DNA of 64,000 nucleotides from Gemmatimonadota bacterium (GTDB lineage Bacteria; Gemmatimonadota; Gemmatimonadetes; Gemmatimonadales; JACORV01), in the NCBI GenBank assembly GCA_041484135.1, contig JBGPHD010000001.1:844-64843 (forward strand), written 5' to 3'. Shown piece after piece: positions 33,282 through 42,236 of this stretch. Position numbers and translations under genes: made by a program. Below the pieces are notes generated by a model. It was not told the origin of the DNA. It worked only from the letters and a program-made list of their open reading frames with translations, and ran no database searches. The stretch's first letter is position 1. The number at the start of each line of letters is the position of its first letter.

Positions 33282-35150
33282 TCAGTCGAGCTGGGCCAGG
33301 ATCCGCGCCTCGAGCTCCGCGAGCTCGATGGGCTTGGTCAGGACGCGGCCCGCTTCGATCTCCGAGGCCCCGAGCGCGGCGAGCTGGGCCACGTCACCGG
33401 AGAGGAAGAGGACCCGCCGGGCCAGTGACGGCCGCCGGAGCTGCATCTCCCGATAGAGGGTGATGCCGTCCATCGTCGGCATGCGCAGATCGGTCAGCAC
33501 CAGGTCCGGCTCTTCCTCGGCCAGGGCATCGAGCGCGGCGTGGCCGTCGCCGGCTTCCCGCACCACCGCGCCGCGCCGCGTGAGGAACTTGGCGATCGGC
33601 TTGCGGACCGTCGGCTCGTCGTCCACCAGCAGGATGCTCAGCCCCTCGAGCCCGCGCCCCGAGCCTGGGGGCCGCGGCGCCCGGTCCGCCGCCTGCCCGG
33701 TGGCGGGGACCAGGGGGAGCCAGAGCGCGAAGGTCGCGCCCGGCTCGGTGGAGGCGCGATACTCGGCCTCGCCCCTCGACTCCCGGAGGATCACGCGGGA
33801 GGTGTAGAGCCCGAGTCCGGCGCGGCCGTCGGGTTGCGTGGAGAAGAAGGGACGGAAGAGCTGGTCGCGGATCGAGTCCGGCACGCCCGGACCGTTGTCG
33901 GTCACCACCGCGGTCGCCCGCCCGTCCTCCACCAGCGTCCGGAGGACGATGGTGCGCGGCGGCCCGCGGCGCATCACCGCCTGGTGGGCGTTCCCCAGCA
34001 TGTTGACGAACGCCTGCTCCAGCTTCTGCTCGACCCCGATCACCGGCAGCTTCCCCGGCACCAGCTCGACGCGCCCCAGCACGCCGTCCGCCTTGAACTG
34101 GAACCAGACCAGGTCCCACGCGTCCCGCGCGACCTCGTTGAGATCGACCGGACGCGACGGCCCCGTGCCCGGCCGCGTGAAGCGGATGATCCCCTGCAGC
34201 AGGTGCCCCGCGCGATGAGCCTCGCCCATCATGCTCTCGAGGTCGGTGCGGACCGCGCCCGGCAACCCCGCATCGGCGAGACGCGTCTCCGCGAGGGCGA
34301 CGATCGCCATCAGCGGATTGTTGACCTCGTGCGCCACTCCCGCGATCAGCTCGCCGGCCGCGGCCAGCCGCCCCTGCCGTTCCGCCCGGTCGCGGAGCAC
34401 CGAGGTCATCTGGTTGAAATGCCCCACCACCTCCCCGATCTCGTCCTGCGCGGGCGCGGCCACCGCGACCGAGAGCTGGCCGCGCTCCACGTCCTCGAGG
34501 CCCTGCCGGAGCGCGTTCATCGGCCCCGTCACCCGCTGCCCGATCAGCACCAGGGCGCTGAACGCGAGGGTCAGGGTCACGATGAGCCAGATGACGAAGG
34601 TGAGGAGCACTTCATGGCTGGTGGCCTGGAGCGTGCCGCTGACCTCGAGCACGTCGTCGAGCCCGCGGACGAGGGCGTCCGCGAAGACGGCGTCGAACCG
34701 GCCCATCAGGCTGTCCGCGCCCGCGAGCAGGCGCGCGGCCTCGGCCCGGTCACCCGCCTCGGCGAGGGACGCGATCTCGTCGAAGGTGACGATGAGCCGC
34801 GCCGCGAGGTCCTCGGCGCGCGCGATGGGGACACGCACGCCGCGCGGGACGTCCGCCAGCGGCAGGTCCCCCACCAGCCGGTCGCGGTTCGTGAGCGACG
34901 CCCGGAGCCGCGCCGCCGCCGCCGCGTCCCCCGACGCCACCACCCGTGTCGCCGACGTGTAGGCGCTCGTGAGCCAGCGGTCGTCCTCCGCCAGCCGGCC
35001 GTACAGCCGCCCCAGCGAGGACGTCGCCGCGCTCAACTGGCCGATCTTGGGGAGGATCTTGAACCAACCGTAGAAGCCGGCCCCGGAGACGCTGAGCAGG
35101 ATCAGCGCGAACATGATCCACGCCAGCGTGCGGAGACGGAGCGCCCTCAC
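33282..35150 (-). CDS. Hybrid sensor histidine kinase (TM, HAMP, HisKA, HATPase_c, C-terminal receiver)
   Basis: 622 aa. The GTG start overlaps the upstream TGA (GTGA). H-box AGVAHEVNNPLMAI. GPGVPD, GLGLYTS. Receiver SILLVDDEPTVRK...DLVLTDLRMPTMDG. Confidence 0.85.
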   Translation of the reverse strand: MRALRLRTLAWIMFALILLSVSGAGFYGWFKILPKIGQLSAATSSLGRLYGRLAEDDRWLTSAYTSATRVVASGDAAAAARLRASLTNRDRLVGDLPLADVPRGVRVPIARAEDLAARLIVTFDEIASLAEAGDRAEAARLLAGADSLMGRFDAVFADALVRGLDDVLEVSGTLQATSHEVLLTFVIWLIVTLTLAFSALVLIGQRVTGPMNALRQGLEDVERGQLSVAVAAPAQDEIGEVVGHFNQMTSVLRDRAERQGRLAAAGELIAGVAHEVNNPLMAIVALAETRLADAGLPGAVRTDLESMMGEAHRAGHLLQGIIRFTRPGTGPSRPVDLNEVARDAWDLVWFQFKADGVLGRVELVPGKLPVIGVEQKLEQAFVNMLGNAHQAVMRRGPPRTIVLRTLVEDGRATAVVTDNGPGVPDSIRDQLFRPFFSTQPDGRAGLGLYTSRVILRESRGEAEYRASTEPGATFALWLPLVPATGQAADRAPRPPGSGRGLEGLSILLVDDEPTVRKPIAKFLTRRGAVVREAGDGHAALDALAEEEPDLVLTDLRMPTMDGITLYREMQLRRPSLARRVLFLSGDVAQLAALGASEIEAGRVLTKPIELAELEARILAQLD

Positions 35151-36298
35151 GGAGCGGTCGAGTCCACCGGGACCAGACTGTTCCCGCGCACCACGCCCAT
35201 CACCAGCCGCGGCGGGCCTGCCCCGTCCCCGAGACCGATCTCGCCCGTCACGCCGCGGAAGCGCGGTCGGGACCGGCCGAGCGTCATGAGGTACGCGCGC
35301 ACCGCCGCCGGATCGTCCCCGACCTCGCGCACCGCCGCCGCGACGAGGTTGACCGCGTCGTACACCAGCGCGTCCGGCGATGTCGCCTCGCGCTGCAAAC
35401 GTCCGGTCAGCGCGCCCCCGAAGCGCTGGCTGGCGCTGTCACGGGCTGTCGCGAGCCAGAAGGTCGCGGCGTAGAGACGGCCCGCGGCCCAGGGGCCCGC
35501 GTCACGGGAAAGATCGGGCAGATTCACGGCGCCGTCACCCACCACCATGCGCGCGCCCGGGGCGCGCTGCGCCAGGCGCAACGCGATCCGGACCGCAGCC
35601 ACCGTCCGGCCGGCGACGATGACGACGTCGGGGACCTCATGCCGTACGGCGATGTCCACCAGCGGCTCGAGGTTGCTGCTGAGATCGTACCGCTGGTCGC
35701 GTAGGACCCGCACGCCGCTCCCTAGGGCCGCGAGGATGCCGTCGCGGAGGCCGACCCCATACTCATCGCTCACGTAGAACAGCACGACCGACCGCGCCCG
35801 CAGCGAGTCCCTCACGAAGCGCGCGATGAACGCCCCCTCGACCGAATCGTTCGGGGGCATCGCGAACGTCCATTGGCCCGCCCGCGCCAGGAGCCGGCTG
35901 GTGCCGTTCGGCACGATCTGCACTACGTGCGCGTCGTTGTAGACCGGCGCGGCGGCGAGGCTGCCGCGGCTCCCGCCGTGGCCGATCACCGCCACCAGCG
36001 GCCCCGCGGCGACGAGCCGCTGGGCGCGCTGGATCTCCACGTCGGCCGGCTCGGCCGCCACCGGGATCGTGTCCTGGACCAGCTGGAGGACGCGGCCGCG
36101 GAGGCCGCCGGCGCTGTTGATCTCATCCGCCGCGAGATATGCCGCGGCGATGTTCCGCCCCGTGAACGCGACGCCGATCTTGATCGGCGTGCGGGACGCC
36201 CGGCAGCCGGCGGCAAGCAAGACCGCGCCGGCCAGACACGCGAGCGCTGTGCGGGACACCCCGGTCGGACGACGGGAGACGTGGTGGACTCTCTGCAA
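35147..36298 (-). CDS. Periplasmic ligand-binding lipoprotein (LivK/Peripla_BP_6-like)
   Basis: The frame is open to TTG 36340. I prefer TTG 36298 (GGAGG 4 nt upstream); GTG 36259 is also possible. Lipobox AVLLAAGC. IKIGVAFTGRNIAAAYLAADEINSAGGLRGRVLQLV is typical of branched-chain amino-acid-type binding proteins. Confidence 0.7.
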   Translation of the reverse strand: MQRVHHVSRRPTGVSRTALACLAGAVLLAAGCRASRTPIKIGVAFTGRNIAAAYLAADEINSAGGLRGRVLQLVQDTIPVAAEPADVEIQRAQRLVAAGPLVAVIGHGGSRGSLAAAPVYNDAHVVQIVPNGTSRLLARAGQWTFAMPPNDSVEGAFIARFVRDSLRARSVVLFYVSDEYGVGLRDGILAALGSGVRVLRDQRYDLSSNLEPLVDIAVRHEVPDVVIVAGRTVAAVRIALRLAQRAPGARMVVGDGAVNLPDLSRDAGPWAAGRLYAATFWLATARDSASQRFGGALTGRLQREATSPDALVYDAVNLVAAAVREVGDDPAAVRAYLMTLGRSRPRFRGVTGEIGLGDGAGPPRLVMGVVRGNSLVPVDSTAP

Positions 36299-36349
36299 GG
36301 AACCTCCACCATCCCTGGTGGCGGGTAGACGGCGCCCCAATCTACGTCG

Positions 36350-38707
36350 CTAGCCCCCGCTGCGCATCGCTCCCTGGCCCAGGAGATTGGTGTCGAACAG
36401 GCGCAGGATCCGCTTGTACTCGTCGGCCCAGCTCGACGCCAGCCGAAAGCCGTGCGGTTCGACCGGGTATACCGCGATCTCCCAGTTCTCCTTCCGCAGC
36501 TCGATCAGCCGCTGCACCAGCCTCACGGCATCCTGGAAGTTCACGTTGTCGTCCACCATGCCATGACAGATGAGGAGCGCGCCGCGGAGCCCCTCGGCGA
36601 AGTAGATGGGCGAGGACTGGCGGTAGGCGGTGCTGTCCTCCTGCGGCTCGTTCAGGATCGCCGCCGTGTACCCGTGGTTGTAGTGCGCCCAGTCGGTGAC
36701 GGGCCGCAGCGCCGCCCCGGCGCGGAAGACGCCCGGCGTCGTGAACATCGCCATCAGGGTGATGAAGCCGCCGTAGGAGCCGCCGTAGATCCCGATCCGC
36801 GCCGAATCCACGCCCAACGTCCGGACCATCCAGCGGGCGCCGTCCACGTTGTCGTCGAGGTCCGGGCCGCCCATGTGGCGGTAGATCGCGGTCCGCCAGT
36901 CGCGCCCGTGGCCGGCGCTGGCCCGGTAATCGAGGTCCAGCACCGTGTAGCCGCGGTCGGCGAGCAGGTGGTGGAAGAGGTACTCGCGCGAATATGAGGC
37001 CCACCACTTGTGCACGTTCTGCGCGTAGCCGGCGCCGTGCACGAAGATCACGCCCGCGCCGTTCGGCGTCCCCGTGGGCCGGTACAGGCGCCCCGGCACC
37101 TGGGCCCCGTCCCGCGCCGGCACCATCACCAGCTCGGGGACCCGCCAGGCATAACGCCGGAACTCCTCGGTGGTGGACTCGGTCACCTGCCGCCACGCCG
37201 CCCCGGCGCGGTTGGGCTGGAGGTACAGCTCGGGCGGGTGGTTCGCCGTCGAGTACAGGATCGCGAGCCAGCGATCGTCGGGGCTCACCACCGCGTCGTG
37301 CCGCCCGTCGCCGCGGGTGAGCTGCGTCTTCCCGCCCCCGTCGGTGCCCATGGTGTAGAAGTGGTGCTCGCCCCAGTGCACCTCGCTCGAGTGGAAATAG
37401 AAACGCCGCCGGTCGGGCGAGAGGTCGATGTCCTGCACCTCCCAGTGACCGCTGGTGAGCGCGCGCGGGGTGCCGCCCGTCGCGGGCACCGTGTAGATGT
37501 GCGCCCAGCCCGAGGCCTCCGACGTGAAGTACACGGTCTCGTCGTCGGGGAGCCATCCGGCGTTGCGCGAGAGCTGCCCCACCCAGGCGCTGTCGTGCAG
37601 GTCGTCGAGCTGCCGCACGGCGAAGCCGGGCACGTCCACCACCCAGAGCCAGCGGTCGTTGAAGTCCGCCGACTGGCCGCGCACCAGCGCGCGGTTGCCG
37701 GAAGCGGACCAGCCCACGCCGCCCAGACTCGCCCGGCGCCGGCCGAGGCCGGGATCCACCCAGTTCACCGCGCCGGAGGAGAGCTCCATGATCGCGGCGC
37801 GGGTCTGCGCCTGCTCGTCGCCCACCTTGGTGCGGTTGGGCTGCGTCTCGATGTAGCCGGTGGCGGTGACCCAGATGGGGAGCGTCTGCACCTGCGCGCC
37901 CGCGGCGCGGTCGCTCACCGTCATCAGCAAGTACCGGCCGTCCGGCGAGACGTCCCACGACTGGATGTTCTGCGCCTCGGTGAGGAAGAGGGGCCGCTGC
38001 GTCGTCGAGTCCGAGTCGGGACGCGCGAAGGGATCGGTCTCGGCGCGCGGCGGATGCACGATGAAATCGAAGAGCCGCCGCTGCTCGGCCCGGAGGAACG
38101 CGCGCTGGCCGGTGGTGTCGCGCGCGGCGCGCGCCGGCGCGGGGCCCCGCCGGATGTCGGTGAGCTGCCGCAGCGGGCCGCCCTCGAGCGACATCGCGAA
38201 GAGGTTGTTCTCACGCACAAAGGTGACGGTGCGCGCGTCCCCCGAGAGCTGGACGCTGCTCTCCTGCGCCGGCGTATCGGTGAGGCGGCGGCGCTGCCCG
38301 CGCGCGGCGTCCCACACGTACACGTCGCCGCGGAACAGGAACGCCTTGGTCCGCAGGTCGCGGGACCAGGCGCCCGGCTGCGGGTAGAGGCTGTCCTGCG
38401 GGGAGACGAGCCGCTCCGGGTCCCCGCCCGTCACGCTCACCCGGTACGACACCTCGGCGGTGTCCACGCCCGGCCGTATCCAGCGGAAATAGACGTAGCG
38501 CGAATCGTCGGAGAACCGGACCCGCGAGGGGGGCGTGCCGTAGAGGTCGGGGCCCCGCATGATGTTGTCCACCGTCATGTCGAACGCGGGCGAAGCGGAT
38601 GGTGCGGAGGGCGGGGGCGCGGATGGTCCGGTGCGCTGCGCGCTCAGGGGCGCGGCGGCGATCCCCCCGGCGAGCGTCGTCGCCAGGAGCACGAGGGTAC
38701 GGCGCAT
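36350..38707 (-). CDS. S9 family serine peptidase (dipeptidyl peptidase IV/prolyl oligopeptidase-like)
   Basis: 785 aa. Signal MRRTLVLLATTLAGGIAAAPLSAQ. Beta-propeller N-terminal half. Catalytic elbow GIYGGSYGGFITLMAM, then LLICHGMVDDNV and YPVEPHGF. Confidence 0.9.
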   Translation of the reverse strand: MRRTLVLLATTLAGGIAAAPLSAQRTGPSAPPPSAPSASPAFDMTVDNIMRGPDLYGTPPSRVRFSDDSRYVYFRWIRPGVDTAEVSYRVSVTGGDPERLVSPQDSLYPQPGAWSRDLRTKAFLFRGDVYVWDAARGQRRRLTDTPAQESSVQLSGDARTVTFVRENNLFAMSLEGGPLRQLTDIRRGPAPARAARDTTGQRAFLRAEQRRLFDFIVHPPRAETDPFARPDSDSTTQRPLFLTEAQNIQSWDVSPDGRYLLMTVSDRAAGAQVQTLPIWVTATGYIETQPNRTKVGDEQAQTRAAIMELSSGAVNWVDPGLGRRRASLGGVGWSASGNRALVRGQSADFNDRWLWVVDVPGFAVRQLDDLHDSAWVGQLSRNAGWLPDDETVYFTSEASGWAHIYTVPATGGTPRALTSGHWEVQDIDLSPDRRRFYFHSSEVHWGEHHFYTMGTDGGGKTQLTRGDGRHDAVVSPDDRWLAILYSTANHPPELYLQPNRAGAAWRQVTESTTEEFRRYAWRVPELVMVPARDGAQVPGRLYRPTGTPNGAGVIFVHGAGYAQNVHKWWASYSREYLFHHLLADRGYTVLDLDYRASAGHGRDWRTAIYRHMGGPDLDDNVDGARWMVRTLGVDSARIGIYGGSYGGFITLMAMFTTPGVFRAGAALRPVTDWAHYNHGYTAAILNEPQEDSTAYRQSSPIYFAEGLRGALLICHGMVDDNVNFQDAVRLVQRLIELRKENWEIAVYPVEPHGFRLASSWADEYKRILRLFDTNLLGQGAMRSGG

Positions 38708-38720
38708 GGGTCGTCTCCGT

Positions 38721-39119
38721 CTAGGGCTTGATGACGGAGAGAACGTAACCCGTGGTGTCGAGGGGCGTATAGTCCGCGGCGATGACGTCCAGGACCCGCG
38801 CCGAGAAGGACGCGGCCTTGGAGACGTCGCTCACCCGGATGCGCACCAGGCTGCCGGTGGGGAGCGTCTGGCCCGCGGGCGCGATGAGCGTAACGTGGGC
38901 GCTGTCCCCGGCGAACAGATGGAACACGATGGCGTAGGTCGCGCCGGCGGGCACCGTGACGGCCGATACCCTCCCCTTCACCGACACGAGCATCGCGCGC
39001 TCGAGCCCGGTGTTGGGCGAGGTGAGCCGCACCGAGAGATCGCCCGCGGTGGGGCCGCTGTCGGAGCAGGCCGCGAGCCCGGCGAGGAGCGCGGCGGCCG
39101 CATAACGCTTCGGGTTCAC
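38721..39119 (-). CDS. Small lipoprotein of unknown function, coupled to the M6 peptidase
   Basis: Trimmed to the GTG at 39119, which overlaps the peptidase TGA (GTGA). Signal KRYAAAALLAGLAACSDSG. About 110 aa of beta-rich mature protein. Confidence 0.5.
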   Translation of the reverse strand: MNPKRYAAAALLAGLAACSDSGPTAGDLSVRLTSPNTGLERAMLVSVKGRVSAVTVPAGATYAIVFHLFAGDSAHVTLIAPAGQTLPTGSLVRIRVSDVSKAASFSARVLDVIAADYTPLDTTGYVLSVIKP

Positions 39120-41371
39120 CGGCGCACCCTCCCCAGCACCCGCGCCATCACTGCCGCGTTCACCGTGGTCCCCGAGCGGTCGAGCCACGCCACGAAGTCA
39201 CCGAGATCGAAGGTCCCGTTGGCGTTCCCCTGGCTGTCCAGCAGCTGCCGCTGGATGTCGGTGAGGCCGGTGCCCTGGAGGAGCTGGGCCACCGCGCTGT
39301 CGAGGAGCAGCGGCGCGAAGGTCACGGTGACGGCGTACGGCCGGCTCGCGCTGAGCACGAGGCTGGGATCGAAGCCGGCGGCGTCGCCGTCCCACTCGAC
39401 GAACATGTTCTGCGGGGAGGGGTGCGCCGTCAGGGTGATGGTGGCGGTCGAGAGCACCATCGCCGTGTCGGCGGCCAGCGCCGCGGGTGACCCCGTCACA
39501 GTGCCGTTCCCAACCCGCGTGACGGCGACCCGGTTGAACGTCGCCAGCTGCGCGATCAGCGTCACCGGCGCGCTGGGCGTCACGATGACCGTCTGGGTGC
39601 GCGTTCCCGCGTTGCTCCAGCTGCGATACTCGAAGCGCGTGGCTCCGGCGGCGATCGACTGCACCGAGTCGATCGAGACGGTCAATGTCTCCGTCGCGAA
39701 GAGCGGGCTCTGGTAGTCGCTGTACGCCACGCCGTTCACCTTCACCATCGCCGAGGGGTCGCTGGCGCGGATCCGGCTGCCCAGCACGAGCCGGAAGGCC
39801 ATCGCGCCGAACGGGGTCACCTGCCGGATCGAGTCGATCTGGATGCTCGTCGGCAACCCGGAGTTGAGCTTCGCCGCGGGATTGGTCGTGGCATCGAACA
39901 CGGTGTTGCCGGACGAACCGGGGAACGGATCGCCCGCGTCGCCCCGGTTGGCGCCCAGGCCGAGATGGTCGAAGCCGTCGGCCTGCATGAGGCGGAGCGC
40001 GTTAGGCTGGACCGCGTTCACGGTGTTGGACCCGAGACGCTGGCGCATGAGCAGGGAATCCACGTGCCAGATCAGCAGTCCGGGGCCCGCGAGGTTGGTG
40101 TCCGAGCCCAGGCGCTGCCGGTTCTCCAGCAGGAAGTACTCGTTGCTCGCGGGGATGGGGACGATGAAGGCCGTGTCGTTGGTCTCGATCGGGCTCGCCT
40201 GGGTCGTCCCCGGCGAGGTGAGGGGCACCTCGGTGATCCAACCCAGATCGGCGCGCGTCCAGGCGCTCATGTGTGCCGGCCGGTCCCAGAGCTGCTGGTT
40301 GCCCGACGCCATCAGGTCCCAGTGCCCGTCGCCCTCGTTGGCGTCGTTCGGGTTGGTGTCGTAGAGGTCCGGCAGGCCGAACAGGTGTCCCGTCTCGTGC
40401 GTGATGGTCCCGATCGCGATCGGCGCGCCCGGGGTGCAGCCCGCCGACCCGCCCTCGTAGCTCTGGATGATGTAGTCGTCGATCTTGATGAACTGCCCCT
40501 GGCGCTGCGGGTCGGGATCGTTCGTCTGGAGCGGCGCGCCCGTCCAGCCGCTGTAGCTGAAGCGGTGCGACCAGATACTCCGGGCCGCCAGCGAGGTCCT
40601 GAGGTAGCACTCACCGCCGACGATCGGATGCAGGAACGCGGTCGCATCCACGTAGCCGTCGCCGTTCAGGTCGTACTGCGCGAAGTTCACCTGCGCGTCC
40701 ACTGCCGCCACCGCCTCGGCGATGAGCTGCGAGACCTTGCTGCCCCCGAAGCAGAGGCCCTGGCACGAGCCGGGGCCCGAGTACACGGTGTCGTTCGCGG
40801 CGAGGCGGATCCCGCGATTGACGACCGTGCCGGTCACGGTCATCCGGTTCCGCGACACCTCCTGGTAGTACGTCGTCACCGAATACGGCGGCGCCGGCGC
40901 CGTGCCCCAGAGCCGGTTCTGCGCGGTGGCGCTGTCGAAGCTCGTGGTGTCGATGGTGTTGGCGTACCACACGATGAACGTGGGCATCTTGAGCGTGCCC
41001 GTGACCGCGGTGGCGCCGGGAGCGAGCACGGTGCGCGCCGCGGACGGGCCGGGCGCGCGCGAAGGCGCAGGACTGGCGTTGAGGAGGTTCCACGCGCGGC
41101 GCGACCGCAGCGCCTGTCGCCGGTCCCTCACGCGCTGCGCCTGCTCGAGCCAGCCGTGACGGAAGGCGAACGCCCGCGGGTCGCGCGTGACCATGTCGAA
41201 GAAGCCGGGCCCCGGCCGCGCCCCGCCATTGTCTCGGCCGCGGCGCAGGATGTCCGCCACGCCCGACTGCGCGTGCGCCGGCGCCGCGCCGACCGTCAAA
41301 GCGAGGAGCACGCCCACCGCGACGCCGTGCCGCGTCCGTCCCAAGACCCTCGGGCGACTACGCTGCTTCAT
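39116..41371 (-). CDS. M6 family metallopeptidase (immune inhibitor A-like)
   Basis: 751 aa. Signal VAVGVLLALTVGAAPAHAQ. Zinc site GTITHETGHLFGLPDLYD. C-terminal Ig-like region and a dockerin/EF-hand-like DSQGNANGTFDLGDFVAWL. Confidence 0.85.
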   Translation of the reverse strand: MKQRSRPRVLGRTRHGVAVGVLLALTVGAAPAHAQSGVADILRRGRDNGGARPGPGFFDMVTRDPRAFAFRHGWLEQAQRVRDRRQALRSRRAWNLLNASPAPSRAPGPSAARTVLAPGATAVTGTLKMPTFIVWYANTIDTTSFDSATAQNRLWGTAPAPPYSVTTYYQEVSRNRMTVTGTVVNRGIRLAANDTVYSGPGSCQGLCFGGSKVSQLIAEAVAAVDAQVNFAQYDLNGDGYVDATAFLHPIVGGECYLRTSLAARSIWSHRFSYSGWTGAPLQTNDPDPQRQGQFIKIDDYIIQSYEGGSAGCTPGAPIAIGTITHETGHLFGLPDLYDTNPNDANEGDGHWDLMASGNQQLWDRPAHMSAWTRADLGWITEVPLTSPGTTQASPIETNDTAFIVPIPASNEYFLLENRQRLGSDTNLAGPGLLIWHVDSLLMRQRLGSNTVNAVQPNALRLMQADGFDHLGLGANRGDAGDPFPGSSGNTVFDATTNPAAKLNSGLPTSIQIDSIRQVTPFGAMAFRLVLGSRIRASDPSAMVKVNGVAYSDYQSPLFATETLTVSIDSVQSIAAGATRFEYRSWSNAGTRTQTVIVTPSAPVTLIAQLATFNRVAVTRVGNGTVTGSPAALAADTAMVLSTATITLTAHPSPQNMFVEWDGDAAGFDPSLVLSASRPYAVTVTFAPLLLDSAVAQLLQGTGLTDIQRQLLDSQGNANGTFDLGDFVAWLDRSGTTVNAAVMARVLGRVRR

Positions 41372-41450
41372 CCGTCAACTCTAGCAAGACCCACCGGCAC
41401 CGAAAAGGCTCAGAAACGCCGGTGTGGTCCGCGTCACCGGCGCGCCGTGA

Positions 41451-42206
41451 TCACTGCACCGCGTGCCACCGCGGCGCCGTCCAGCCGATCGCCGTGCCCA
41501 GCGCCGCGCCCGCGATCACGTCGGTCGGGAAATGCTCGTGCGCCGCCACGCGGAACACCCCGGTGGCCGTCGCCGCCACGAAGAGCGCCACGACCTCGGT
41601 CCGATGCCGCCGGAGCACACCCCGCCGGTGCAGGATGGACGCGACCGCCGCCGCCGCCGCGAAGGCCTGGCTGGTGTGTCCCGACGGGAACGAGAGCCCG
41701 TTGCCCGCTGCCGGGTAGCTGAGCGCCGCCGACGAGTAGCGCAACGGCCGAGGCCGGTGCACCAGCACCTTCGCCCACGCGGTCGCCGCTGAGGCGAGCC
41801 CCATGGCTTCCGAGAACACGACGAGATCCTCGACCCTCGCCGCGCTCGGCTCCCCCCGGCGGCTGGTGAGGAGCAGCCCGATCCCGCCCAACGTCGCGCC
41901 CGCGAGCGCGATGTCGCTCCCGAGCGCCGGCCCCGACTTGAAGGTGCCGATCGAGCCGCGGTCGATGCCCCACAGATTCGCGGGGTTGCAGGGCGCGCAG
42001 GTCGCGTGCGGGAGGCTGTTCCGGAAGACCATCGGCACCAGCGTGAGGGCCGCCTCGCCCCCGAGGATGGCGGCGTCGGGCCAGCGGTGGACCTGGAACC
42101 GCAGAGGCGCGGGAACCTGTTGTGCCCATGCAGGTAACACGGCACCCAGGAGGACGATGAATCCCGCCGCGGCGGTGTTCCGTAACTTGATAAACCGCAT
42201 CGTCAT
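41451..42206 (-). CDS. Secreted/membrane PAP2 (type 2 phosphatidic acid phosphatase) family protein
   Basis: Only the last 251 codons of track ORF 41451..43388 are real; start at ATG 42206. Signal MTMRFIKLRNTAAAGFIVLLGAVLPAWAQQ. PAP2 motifs KVLVHRPRP, SFPSGHTS, RVAAHEHFPTDV. Confidence 0.8.
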   Translation of the reverse strand: MTMRFIKLRNTAAAGFIVLLGAVLPAWAQQVPAPLRFQVHRWPDAAILGGEAALTLVPMVFRNSLPHATCAPCNPANLWGIDRGSIGTFKSGPALGSDIALAGATLGGIGLLLTSRRGEPSAARVEDLVVFSEAMGLASAATAWAKVLVHRPRPLRYSSAALSYPAAGNGLSFPSGHTSQAFAAAAAVASILHRRGVLRRHRTEVVALFVAATATGVFRVAAHEHFPTDVIAGAALGTAIGWTAPRWHAVQ

Positions 42207-42215
42207 CGGTACAAT
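42187..42215 (+). promoter_or_regulatory. Sigma70-like promoter TTGATA-N17-TACAAT for the spt operon
   Basis: TTGATA at 42187..42192, exactly 17 nt, then TACAAT at 42210..42215, 22 nt before GTG 42237. Lies inside the 5' codons of the divergent PAP2 gene. Best consensus match seen in the window. Confidence 0.45.
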
Positions 42216-42236
42216 CCGCCCAGTCCGTCTCATCGT

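Noticed and set aside
33145-33300. tRNA-Ala as an integration site for a genomic island
   Set aside because: There is no integrase next to the tRNA. I found no direct repeat of the tRNA 3' end by eye in the window. The flanking genes have the same extreme GC content and overlap style as the rest of the window.
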